Below, piece after piece: positions 1-11,734 of a stretch of DNA of 58,499 nucleotides (position 1 is the stretch's first letter; each line of letters opens with the position of its first letter). The stretch is from Octopus sinensis (taxonomy: Eukaryota). Below the pieces are notes generated by a model that saw nothing but the letters and a program-made list of their open reading frames with translations, was not told the origin of the DNA and searched no databases. The position numbers were made by a program, and so were the translations under genes. The stretch spans positions 1-58,499 of the forward strand of contig NW_021834932.1 in NCBI RefSeq assembly GCF_006345805.1, read 5' to 3'.

Positions 1-399
1 CCCGGCTATGAATCCATAAATATTCCACCAACAACCCCACCACAACACATCATCGCTTCGCCACCACTACAGCACACCACCACTCCACTACCACCACCAC
101 ATTTAAAATATTTGTGTTAAACACCTTTGCTATACTGACCAAAAAGAAAATTTTAAAAAAAGGGCCCCACCGTTGCTAACTAATGTCCCCCCCACACACA
201 CACCACCCTTAAACACACACAACTACAGACCCTTACAAACACACCCCTATGTTTAACACCGCTGATGCTACAACCAATACTGTTGTTGCCACTGTGTCTA
301 TTTGTCAGGTAAATTGACAAACAGATCTGAGTAAGTCCACAGCAAGGAACCCGGAATTTCAAATCTTTTACTTAATCCACCTAAGAGGATGGTGTTAAT

Positions 400-835
400 C
401 TACTCAATAATCACAACAGCACAAACACTACCACCACCACCACCACCACCACTACTACGAATATTACTATTATTAATAACAGCAGAGGTACCACAACCAC
501 CACCACCACCATTGGCACCAACAGTAGTCATCCCTACCGCCACCACCATCAATACTTCCACCAACACTACCATCACCACAACCATCACTGCCACCACCAC
601 AACTGTCACAACTTCCACCACAACCACCATCACTACTTGTACCAACACTACCACAACCATCACTGCCACCACCACAACCATCACTACTTGCACCAACACT
701 ACCACCATCACCACAACCATTACGACTTCCACCAACATTACCACTATCACTGCCACCACCACAACCACCATCATTACTTGCACCAACACTACCACCATCA
801 CCACAACCATCACTACTTCCACCAACACTACCATT
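400..835. repeat. Cryptic (ACC/ACT/ATC)n low-complexity tract
   Basis: Degenerate trinucleotide repeats with recurring caccaacactaccac units; explains the Thr-, Val- and His-rich ORFs on both strands. Confidence 0.85.
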
Positions 836-1040
836 ATATTTCATGTTTCTAATATATGTAATTTTCTAGATGGTGTAATTTAATTTTTCATTTTGAATTG
901 ATAAAAGGTTGTTTTTTCTAATTTATATATATATTATATTATGTGAAATTTGATTAAGTATTTCTAAATTGAATTTTTCCCTGTAAGTTAGGAATAATAT
1001 TCCCTCAAATAATAATAATTATATTATATATATATATATA

Positions 1041-1290
1041 GGCACGTGGCATAGTGGTTAGGGTGTCAGCACCGTGATCGTAAGATTGTGGTTTCGATTC
1101 CTGGACCAGGCCGACACGTTGTGTTCTTGAGCAACACATTTCATTTCATGTTGCTCCAGTCCACTCAGCTGGTAAAAATGAGTAACGCTGTGATGGACTG
1201 GCGTCCCATCCAGCTGGGGAACACATACGCCAGAGTAACCAGGAAACCAGGCCCATGAGCCTGGCTAGGCTTTAAAAAGGGCGCATTTAT
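1041..1290 (+). mobile_element. tRNA-derived CORE-like SINE (family D)
   Basis: A-box tggcatagtgg, B-box gtttcgattcc, then gtgttcttgagcaacacatttcatttcatgttgctccagtccactcagctgg, shared with copies at 9610, 24535 and 35317. Confidence 0.8.
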
Positions 1291-1299
1291 TTATTTATA

Positions 1300-1700
1300 T
1301 ATATATATATATATAAGCTGAAGTTGTCTGTGTATGGCAGGTTTGGTAGCCTTCAACTAACACTATCTCCTCCCAGACCTTGTGATGCAAGTTGACCAAA
1401 ATCGAGAGTATGATAGAAGAAGGCTTGCTCTTCATTCCGTAGAAGTTAAAATTCAAATCGGACCATGTTAACACCAAAAATTATTTACATCAAAATTGTG
1501 TTTTTTTATCTATGAAACTCCTTATTTTTTATGATTTTTTGACTGCTGTGTTGGCATTTTTCGGTGTATTTCAACCATAAAAATGTTCACTTAAAGAGAA
1601 TAACAAGCTATATAATGCAAAATTTTTACTTTTCAAAAATTCCAATTCTAAAGGGTCGAAACAAACCCCAAGCAACGCCAGGCGATACTGCTAGTATATA
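1300..1700 (-). mobile_element. Helitron/HINE-like non-autonomous element
   Basis: Minus-strand start actagcagtatcgcctggcgttgcttggg matches the start of the element at 14327 (actagcagtatcgcccggcgttgctc). Class assignment is inferred from this terminus. Confidence 0.55.
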
Positions 1701-2659
1701 TATAAAAAATAAAGCACAATTTATTCCTGATCAGAGTTGTTCAAAAACCCAAGGTACTACCGTATTAGGATAATCAAGGGTTCATTGTATAACAGAGCAG
1801 AGCGCATAAGAATGGCCCAAACCTGCAACCCTCACAGTCCCTCTTTCCACATGTACATTCACCCCCATAGGTGGTGGTCGTGGGGGGGGGGATAACAGTC
1901 ACACAATCTCCTTTTATTACTCTCGAAGCCATTTTTCTTTTACTCAATCTCTTTATATCATTCACACAGACTCTTTCTTACAGACTCTCACTCCATCATA
2001 CAAACACTACAGAACATGCATGCGCACACACACACACACTCTTTCACAAAGTGTCTCATTCACACAGACTTCCTCCTCCCCTCTTCCTTCCATACAAACA
2101 CATACAGCGAGCACGCACACACACACACACATACATACACAGTCTTTTCTCCTATCTCTTTCCCATACAAACACAGTACAAGCATACATACACACACACA
2201 CACATGCAAAATACTACAACACAAGCCCAAGAATACATCTCTACACCACCACTACCACACTAACAACAACAACAGCACAATACCATCTAACTCTTATTCT
2301 GTCTCTAAACAACAACAACAACAACATCCCAAGTCTAAAGAACAAAAAAAAACAGTAGCAAGACACTATATTTCCCCCCGCCCCATATACACAGTCTGAG
2401 AATTACTGGTATATTCTCCCTGGGGTGGGGGAAAGTTTTAGTCACTGCCCCATCCCCACTCTGTCGCTTGTTCCTACCAACTGGTACCTTCCTCAAACAT
2501 GCACACACACACCTGTTTACCTTGGAAATATATTTGATGAGAAATGAAAAATTTGAAGGTATTTTTGTTAAGAAATGACTGTGGAGGTTGGGGAGGGGGA
2601 TGTAGGCATGGTCTCTCTCCCCTTCACACACGTCGCTCACTTACACACACACTGTGTGA

Positions 2660-2990
2660 AAGCGAGAAATGGATTGTGTATGAAAGAGAGAGAGATTGTG
2701 TGAAAGAGAAAGAGATTGTGTGTGAAAGAGAGAGAGGGATGGTGTGTGAAAGAGAGAGAGAGGGATGGTGTGTGAAAGAGAGAGAGAGGGATGGTGTGTG
2801 AAAGAGAGAGAGGGATGGTGTGTGAAAGAGAGAGAGGGATGGTGTGTGAAAGAATGAGTATGTGAGAGTGAAAGAGAGGGGGAATGAAAGAGAATGAAAC
2901 AACAAGGGTGAAAAAGAGAGAGAGAGAAATAGAGAGAGAGAGAGAAATAGAGAGAGAGAGAGAGAAATAGAGAGAGAGAGAGAAATAGAG

Positions 2991-3020
<30 letters not shown>
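2660..3020. repeat. (GA)n-rich tract with 24-bp gagagagagggatggtgtgtgaaa units
   Basis: Directly visible tandem units followed by (GA)n/AGAAAT repeats. Confidence 0.9.
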
Positions 3021-3025
<5 letters not shown>

Positions 3026-3195
3026 GAGGAAGAAGGTGAAAGTGATAGGGTGAAAGAGAAAAAGAGATAGAATGAATGAGAGGGAGTAAAAGAGAAAAAA
3101 GAAATGAGAAAGGTTTGTCAGGTAAGGGAGAAGGAGTTATTTGAAACCGTGACCACTCTGTAACCAGCAGTGGTAGTAGTAGTAGTAGTACTTAC

Positions 3196-3253
3196 CGACA
3201 AAACTTTGAAATGCTAATCCAAGAATAAATAGCACGGTAAACAGAAGTTGCAT
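3196..3253 (-). CDS. Probable first coding segment (signal peptide, MQLLFTVLFILGLAFQSFV+G) of an unidentified secreted or membrane protein, inside exon 3196-3332
   Basis: Minus strand: acceptor ttcttcttcttctcctttccag|GATCTC at 3332 and donor TTTGTCG|gtaagt at 3196, giving a 137-nt exon. ATG at 3253 gives 19 hydrophobic codons plus 1 nt (phase-1 intron). The frame is also open to the exon start, so an internal transmembrane exon is possible. Confidence 0.6.
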
Positions 3254-3501
3254 AATTTGGTGGTGATTTTGATATTGGGTAGATTTACCTCCGTTTGTAG
3301 TCCTGAGTGGTTGGCCTTGATCATTTGAGATCCTGGAAAGGAGAAGAAGAAGAACAAGGGTTAGGAGAGCAGAATGAGAGGGGGAGAGAGAGAGTGACAG
3401 ACAGACAGACAGACAGAGGGAGGCTGGAAGAGAGAAAGAAAGATATAGAACTAAATGAAGATAGATTGAAAGAGAGAGAGTAATAAAGGTAGAAAGACAC
3501 A

Positions 3502-3645
3502 GGTGCGGCTGTGTGGTAAGTAGCTTGCTTACCAACCACATGGTTCCAGGTTCAGTCCCACTGTGTGGCACCTAACGCAAGTGTCTTCTCTTATAGCCTT
3601 GTGAGTGGATTTGGTAGACGGAAAATGAAAGAAGCCGGTCGAATC
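3502..3645 (+). mobile_element. Family A SINE, 5' part
   Basis: ggctgtgtggtaagtagcttgcttaccaaccacatggttccaggttcagtcccactg head, as in the full copies. Confidence 0.85.
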
Positions 3646-3796
3646 ATCATTATTGTCATCGTTTAACGTCCGCTTTCCATGCTGGCATGGGTTGGACGGT
3701 TTGACGATTTGCCTCATCAGTTTTCAGAATTACATTTGAAAACAGACTCATACACAACAATATCCATCCTTAGACATCAGAAATATCAGAAATGCA

Positions 3797-3951
3797 CAGT
3801 TCTATATTTAAGAGATGAGGAATTATGTATATTATTTACATTCAACAGATATTTGTCCTCATCTTGTTAACACGTTTTGGCTGATATACCCTCCAGCCTT
3901 CATCAGGTGTCTTGGGGAAATTTCAAGCCTGGGTTGAAAGGTAATTTTTGA

Positions 3952-3989
<38 letters not shown>

Positions 3990-4060
3990 TCAGTGCCTGG
4001 AATCGAACACGGAATCTTGGGGTTAGTAGCCCATGCTCTTAACCACTATGCTATATGCCC
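3797..4060 (-). mobile_element. tRNA-headed SINE-like element with Penelope-type hammerhead tail
   Basis: Minus strand: A-box TAGCATAGTGG, CT-ACT-AA loop, B-box GTTCGATTCC, (AAT)n, then gacacCTGATGAaggctggagggtatatcagccaaaacgtgtt. Confidence 0.75.
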
Positions 4061-4114
4061 ATTGGCAATTATAGAGTGAATTTTAGAGCTTATAAATCTA
4101 ATATTTTCCTATCC

Positions 4115-4593
4115 TTAAGCACGCGGGCTACTAACCCCAAGATTCCAAAATCGATTCCAAGCAGTGACCTCACCATTATCATCATCGTCGTTTAACGTCT
4201 GCTTTCCATGTTAGCATGGGTTGGATGGTTTGACTGTGGGCTGGTGAACCAGATGGCTGCACAAAGCTCCAGTCTTGATCTGACAGAGTTTCTACAGCTG
4301 GATGCCTTTCCTAACACCAACCACTCCGAGAGTGTAGCGGGTGCTTTTACGTGCCACCGTCACAGGGACCAGTCAGGCAGTACTGGCAATGACCTCGCTC
4401 GAATTTTTTACACATGCCAATGGCACAATAATAATAATAATAATAGCAACATCAAAAAATACCTTAGGAATGAGAACCCAGGTTTGAAATTTCCCCAAGA
4501 CACCTGATGAAGGCTGGAGGGTATACCAGCCAAAACGTGTTAACAAACAAGATGAAGACAAATATCTGTCAAATGTAAATAATATCAGAACTG
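4115..4593 (+). mobile_element. Second tRNA+hammerhead element, interrupted by an RTE-tail repeat (about 4175-4425, minus)
   Basis: Head gcgggctactaaccccaagattcc..tcgattccaagcagtgacc at about 4120-4170; (AAT)n plus tail with CTGATGA at 4504-4510. Confidence 0.7.
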
Positions 4594-5570
4594 TAACAAA
4601 AACTTAAAATATCTAGGTCAAATGAAATACAATCCTGACAAAATGGTACATGATATGAAACTTGACTGAATCTAAAACTCAACAGAAAATATTCTTCTAG
4701 AGGCTCTGTCCCTCACCATGCATTTAGCAAGATAAAATTACTGAAATAAGTTATTTTACTCATTTTGCCCCACGTTAGACATTAATGTATGGGGGGAAAA
4801 AATTGACTTGGAATCCCAACAGAGAAAATAATTCTGATTGTTAAGCACCAAAAATTATCCAGATATTTTATTAGTGATCTTAATTATTATTAACAATCTA
4901 AAAACTCAGTATAAAATATTCTTTATAGCTTCTTTGTGATCTCTTGGAATGTCTCCCTTCCTTGCAATGCAGTTAACAAGGTAAGATTATTAAAGTTAGT
5001 CATTACTCATTTTGCCCCACTTTAGACATGTTTTGGAAATTGAAAATGATCAAATTTAACAATATGGGGGAGGAAAAAATTGAATTGGAATCAAAGAGAA
5101 AAGAATATCGATAGTTAAATACCGAAAATTTTCCGGATATTTCATGAGCGATCTTAATTACTACAATCAGGTGAAAGTTGAGGAAATCTGTCTTGGTACA
5201 TAAAAAAGAAAGTATTTACCTGCTGACTATTTTTCAAACTCTTCAACAACTAACGCTGGCCAATTTTTATTCCCAAAGATGATGCAACAGAACAAAATGA
5301 TGGTGTAATTCTTGCAACACAATAATTTCAAACAGGTGGGGAGAGAACAACAAGCAATCAGAAAATTACTCATTTTGCAACCCAACCCCACCCACCCACT
5401 TGGTTCACCCTTCTCTACCATTCTTCCCGTAATCTTTTATGTAAAGCTCCATACAACTTACAGCATGTCCTTGTAATGTTCCCCTCACCCGATGCCCCTG
5501 TGGCAACTACAAGAAATCATCATCATCATCATCATCGTTATGATGATTAAGGCAGTGAGTTGGCAGAATC

Positions 5571-5948
5571 GATTTGGGGACGCAAAGTCCATCCTCCTCA
5601 CCATGGTGGGGACGCTGGCAACGGGTAGTGTCAGAGCTATGCCGTCGGGAACTTCGGTTCCTGGTAGGGCCACCCAAGGCGGATTGGTATGACACTGAGT
5701 GGTATTAGGACCACAACCCAGCAGACGGGACTCTGGTGAAAATCCTCGGAGTGCCTGTTTCGGTAACTGCACCGACTCCTCGGTTGTTCTGTCCCTGCGT
5801 CTGCGGACAATCTATGGCAAACAGGATATCTCCACATGCGGGATTGTTGGGGACCGCTTGTCAAATCCACATATTCCAACGAAACTTCTTCCATGAGTAG
5901 AAGCTGACTCAACCCGCCCAGTGTGAATGTCGCCATAAGTACAAGTAC
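5571..5948 (+). mobile_element. Internally deleted (bipartite) RTE derivative inserted into a family B SINE
   Basis: 10-bp direct repeat TGGCAGAATC at 5561-5570 and 5949-5958; ends gaatgtcgccataagtacaagta; homologous to the 8774-9345 copy; host SINE body resumes at 5959-6080. Confidence 0.75.
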
Positions 5949-6159
5949 TGGCAGAATCATTAGCACACTAGGCAAAACATCTAGTGGAATTTTATCTGCC
6001 TTTATATTCTAAGTTCAAATCCTACCCAGGTCACCTTTTGCCTTTTATCCTTTCGGGGTCAATGAAATAAGTACCAGTTATTATTTCGACAGAAAGGAAT
6101 AAGAGAAATTAACAGAGAGGATGAAAAAAAAACTTGTAGAGTTCAGCAGTCCAACATGG

Positions 6160-6632
6160 TGAACATATATATACACACACATACATATATATATATATAT
6201 ACATACATATATACACATATATATATCCATATATATATACATCCATATATATATACATATACATCCATATATATATACATCCATATATATATAGATCCAT
6301 ATATATATACATATACATCCATATATATATCCATATATATATACATCCATATATATATACATATATACACATATATATATCCATATATATATACATCCAT
6401 ATATATACATATCCATATATATACATATCCATATATATATACATATATATACATATCCATATATATATACATATATATACATATCCATATATATATACAT
6501 ATATATACATATCCATATATATATACATATACATATCCATATATATATACATATATATACATATCCATATATGTATACATTATATACATATCCATATATG
6601 TATACATATATATACATATATATATATATATG

Positions 6633-6665
<33 letters not shown>

Positions 6666-6892
6666 CATATCCATATACATATCCATATATATATATACAT
6701 ATATATACATATATATATACATATATATATACATATATATATATATACATATACATCCATATATATATAATCCATATATATATACATATATACAATATAC
6801 ATATATACATATATACAATACATTATACATATACATATATACATATATACATATATACATATACATATACACATATATACATATACATATAC

Positions 6893-6924
<32 letters not shown>

Positions 6925-7282
6925 ACATATATACATATACATATATACATATACATATATACATATATACATATACATATATACATATATACATATACAC
7001 ATATACACATATACATATACATATATACATATACATATATACATATACACATATATATATATACATATATACATATACATATATATATACATATACACTA
7101 TATATATATACATAATACATATACATAATATATTTACATATATACATATACAATATATATAGAAATACATATATATATATATACATATATATATACAATA
7201 CATAATATATATACATATATATATATACATATATATATATACATATATATATATACATATATATATATACATATATATATAC

Positions 7283-7313
<31 letters not shown>

Positions 7314-7350
7314 CATATATTATATACATATATATATATATACACTATAT
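6160..7350. repeat. Large (TA)n/(CATATA)n/CCATAT microsatellite
   Basis: About 1.2 kb of pure dinucleotide-derived repeats; source of the YIYI ORFs. Confidence 0.95.
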
Positions 7351-7879
7351 ATATACTATACCATTTGTCAGCATATCCAGTACATGGCTATAGATATGTA
7401 GGCTGCATATATGTAATGTGTGTGTATATGTGTGTGTCTGTATGAATATATATATATATGAATATTTATATATGAGTGTGTATATGTACATACGTATGTA
7501 TAGTACAACAATATAGAGCACATATATATATATATATATATATATATAGATCTGATTATATATTATACATACATCCGTCTCTCAAAATACACATATACGA
7601 GACCCACAACTAAAGTGCATATATAAATAGCAGGCAGTGTGCGCATGTATGCGTCTGCACATACATTCATAGATACGCAATACACACAAACTTCATCCGA
7701 AGACACACCCACAGCGTATATATATATATGTGTGTGTGTGTGTGTATACATACGTATAGGCATGTGCATAGAAACCTGTATGTGGAAGCAGCTGCATTAA
7801 GACCCACACATTTTCCAATAATCCTGTAAACATTGCAGCATTTCCTGTCTGAGATAAATGGTCAAATAGACATTTATTT

Positions 7880-8470
7880 AGATATCAAGCGATGTGTGAG
7901 TGTGTGTGTGTATATATATATATATATAAACATATATATATAAAAACATAAAATGCATACACACACAAACATATATATATATATATACACACACACATAC
8001 ACGGGCATATATATATATACACATATATACACACATGTATGTGCACTTATATACACACATATATATACACATACACATATATATATATATACACAAATAT
8101 ACATATATATACACAAATATACATATATATACACACAAATATACATATATATATACACAAATATACATATATATATACACAAATATACATATATATATAC
8201 ACAAATATACATATATATACACAAATATACATATATATACACAAATATACATATATATACGATATACACAAATATACATATATATATATATACATACAAT
8301 ATATATAGACAGATACATATATATAAATACATACATACATATAAATACATATATATAAATACATACATATATATACATATATACATATATACATATATGC
8401 ATACATATATACATATATGCATACATATATACACGCATATATACATATGCATACACACACACACACGTGT
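7880..8470. repeat. (TA)/(CA) microsatellite with ~20-bp acaaatatacatatatatac units
   Basis: Directly visible tandem units at 8085-8290. Confidence 0.9.
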
Positions 8471-8773
8471 GTGTAAGATAGAGATGTGTGTGTGTGTATA
8501 TTTACATATATACTGTATACTTCTATTGAAGTGTCAGTGGGTATATTCATATACACACACACACACATATACATCTGTAGCAATCTATATATAGTTACAC
8601 ATGTGTGTGTGTGAGTATGTACTATAGACATTTAAGACATTGTGGGCGGACGAGAAGTGTGGGCGGACGAGAAGTGTGGGCGGATGGATATTGGTACGCT
8701 TGCACTTAGAGATTCGGGAAAACAAAGACAGAACTCAGAAATGTTATCCTGGAAAGTTGTTAAATATGGAAAA

Positions 8774-9500
8774 TACATACTTGTGGCGACATTCACCCTG
8801 GGCGGGTGGAGTCAGCTTCTTCTACCACCCTCGAGGCATCTCGAACCATGGCAGCCCACGCACGACGGTCCTGCGCCAGTTCACTGGAGATTGCAAGCCA
8901 GTCATGGTTCCATTGGCGCAGGCCGACCACCTGTGGTCCCGTGAGCAGGGAGAGGTCCTCCTTGATCGTCGTAACCCAGGTCTTCAGCTCCCCGCCGGCG
9001 TGTTTCCGCCAGTTGGGAAGTGGAGTTGGGAGAAGGACACTACATGGAAGACGTTTCGTGGGAATATGTGGATTTCACAAGCGGTCCCCAACAATCCCAC
9101 ATGTAGAGACATCCTGTTTGCCGCAGATTGTCCGCAGACGCAGGGACAGAACGACCGAGGAGCCGCTGGTTGCCGAAACAGACACTAGAGGATTTTCACC
9201 AGAGCTCACGTCTGCCGGGATGTGGCCCTAATACCACTCGGTGTCAGACCAATCCGCCTTGGGTGGCCCTACCAAGAACCGAAGTTCCCGACGGCATAGC
9301 TCTGACACTACCTGTTGCCAGCGTCCCCACCACAGTGAGGAGGGTGTGAACTTTGGGGAAAATTAGGTTTTCCCAGTGCAGACCCAACAAAAGCACTGGC
9401 TGTTTATGTAGACAGCAGAATGATAGACGAAGCGAGTATGAATGTGAACCCAGGGAAAGTCCCTCATCCACTGACAATCACCCGGTTTTGGGCATCCTCC
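8774..9500 (-). mobile_element. RTE-clade LINE derivative with ORF C-terminus remnant
   Basis: Minus frame 9064-8793 reads PTKRLPCSVLLPTPLPNWRKHAGGELKTWVTTIKEDLSLLTGPQVVGLRQWNHDWLAISSELAQDRRAWAAMVRDASRVVEEADSTRPG*, typical of RTE ORF ends, followed by a caagta tail. The upstream tagggccacccaagg motif resembles RTE/BovB 5' regions. Confidence 0.8.
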
Positions 9501-10001
9501 CTTCTCAAGCAAACTCTCCCAATCTCCTCCTTCACCTGTCCCCTCCACATTTTCCTGGTGGAACAGGATACAGGCTACTCAAACTGTATAAGTAATCAAG
9601 ATGTACATGATGGCATATGGCCTAGTGGTTACGATCGTAAGGTCATGAGTTCAATTCCTAGTGGTGCATTGTGTCCTTGAGCAAGACACTTTATTTCACT
9701 TTACTCCAGTCGACTCAGCTGACAAAAGAAAACAACCCAGATTTAAAGTTGATGATGATGATGATCTAGCTGTATAAACCATGCCAAAACAGACCTCACT
9801 GATGCTGGTGCCACATAAAAAACATTCAGTCCATTCTGTGAGGTGGTTGGCATTAGGACAGGCATCCAGCTGTAAAAACCATGCCAAAACAAGCATTGAA
9901 GTTTGGTGCAGTCTTCTGCTTGGCCAGCATTTGTCAAACCATCCAACCCATGCCAGCATGGAAAACAGACATCTGATGATGATGTTTGTGTACATACATA
10001 T

Positions 10002-10412
10002 AGGCGCAGGAGTGGCTGTGTGGTAAGTAGCTTGCTAACCAACCACATGGTTCTGGTTTCAGTCCCACTGCGTGGCATCTTGGGCAAGTGTCTTCTACTA
10101 TAGCCCCGGGCCGACCAAAGCCTTGTGAGTGGATTTGGTAGACGGAAACTGAAAGAAGCCTGTCATATATATGTATATATATATATATGCGTGTGTGTGC
10201 TTGTGTGTGTTGGTGTGTCTGTGTTTGTCCCCCCTAGCATTGCTTGACAACCGATGCTGGTGTGTTTGCGTCCCCGTCACTTAGCGGTTCGGCAAAAGAG
10301 ACCGATAGAATAAGTACTGGGCTTACAAAGAATAAGTCCCGGGGTCGATTTGCTCGACTAAAGGCGGTGCTCCAGCATGGCCGCAGTCAAATGACTGAAA
10401 CAAGTAAAAGAG
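10002..10412 (+). mobile_element. Full-length family A SINE (tRNA-like head, CORE-like caccttgggcaagtgtc segment, internal TA/TG microsatellite, gactgaaacaagtaaaag tail)
   Basis: Complete unit repeated more than 15 times in the window. May correspond to a published Octopus SINE family; not verified. Confidence 0.9.
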
Positions 10413-10713
10413 TAGAAGAGTACACAGATGCACACAAAACACACATGCTCACACACAAGCACAGAAATATATGTGCATATACACACGCAAAACATGTATA
10501 CAGTAAAACTCACCCAAATGTACAATATTCAATAAATCACAAAAGCACACCCACGCATAAATGCTAATATATGCCCCCCCACACACACACACACATGCAC
10601 AAAATACAGACTCGCATACTCAAACACACAAATATATGCCCATACATGCATAAAACATAAGCCTAGATACACACCTCACAAATTCATGTCCAAACACACA
10701 AATACACGTTCAT

Positions 10714-10748
<35 letters not shown>

Positions 10749-10768
10749 CACACACACACATATAATAT

Positions 10769-10799
<31 letters not shown>

Positions 10800-10914
10800 C
10801 ACATATATACACACACACACACACACAAATACATGTCCATAAATACACATGCATTTGTACACACACACAACAAATACATGTCCATAAACACATGCACACA
10901 CGTATGCGTATGCG

Positions 10915-10947
<33 letters not shown>

Positions 10948-11734
10948 CACACAAGACATGTGCCAACACACATACACATGACCATAGACATGCACACACA
11001 TGCAAAACACACGTGCTCCCAAACACAAGGAAATTCAGAAACACACACATACACATATAATACACAACACACACACACACACACACAAATACGTACCGAA
11101 ATATACGGAAACTCTCAAGCACACGCCCACACACAAAACACACTCCCACACTCACCTTTCCCCCACACACACACCTTACCTTAATAATCAATTAACGAAC
11201 ATCAATTACTAATTACCGCAGCTCAATGTCACATGATAGAGTGGCTGTATGTATCTACAGACAGCATGTGTGTGTCAGTGTGTGTGTATGTGTGTGTGTG
11301 TGTGTGTGTGTGTCTGTGTGTGTGTGTGTGTGTGTCTGTGTGTGTCTGTGTGTATGTGTGTGTGTATGTGTGTGTGTGTGTGTGTGTGGTCAGTAGAGTA
11401 TGCACGCGTTTGTATGCGCAAGCAGTGCGTGCAGGTGTGTTTGGTTAACAATGATGCAGGTGTGGGGAAGACGGGGTGGGTGGCAGAAGGTATCAGGTGG
11501 TTGGTGAGGAGCTAGCAGGGTGTGTGCATACATGTGTGTGTGTGTGTGTGTACATGTTTATGCACATGTGACCAACAGTGTGCATGTCTGTGCGTGTATG
11601 TGCATGCATGTGTGTGTGTGTGTGTAGCCAGGATTGCGTATGTGTATGCACATGTGACCAACAGTGTGCGTGTATGTATGTGTGTGTGCGTGTATGTGTG
11701 TGTGTGCACAGTATTATTGACAATAGTACTTACA

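Noticed and set aside
389-883. Thr/Pro-rich mucin-like ORF
   Set aside because: Entirely trinucleotide low-complexity sequence, open on both strands, with no splice or codon support.
1774-1865. Cys-rich minus ORF end ECTCGKRDCEGCRFGPFLCALLCYTMNP as a second exon
   Set aside because: No AG acceptor in the required phase.
3988-4060. Functional tRNA genes at the SINE heads
   Set aside because: Acceptor stems are incomplete and the heads are fused to repeat bodies; they are SINE promoters rather than tRNAs.
6081-8631. Long YIYI/HTHT ORFs up to 400 aa
   Set aside because: Translations of TA/CA microsatellites, which lack stop codons by composition.
9290-9350. HDV-like ribozyme at the RTE 5' region (cctcctcac..gctggcaac, also 5585-5625)
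   Set aside because: Superficially resembles HDV L3/P1.1 and shows one cat/atg to cac/gtg covariation, but I found no complementary P1 or P2 and the loop is too long. Needs a descriptor search.
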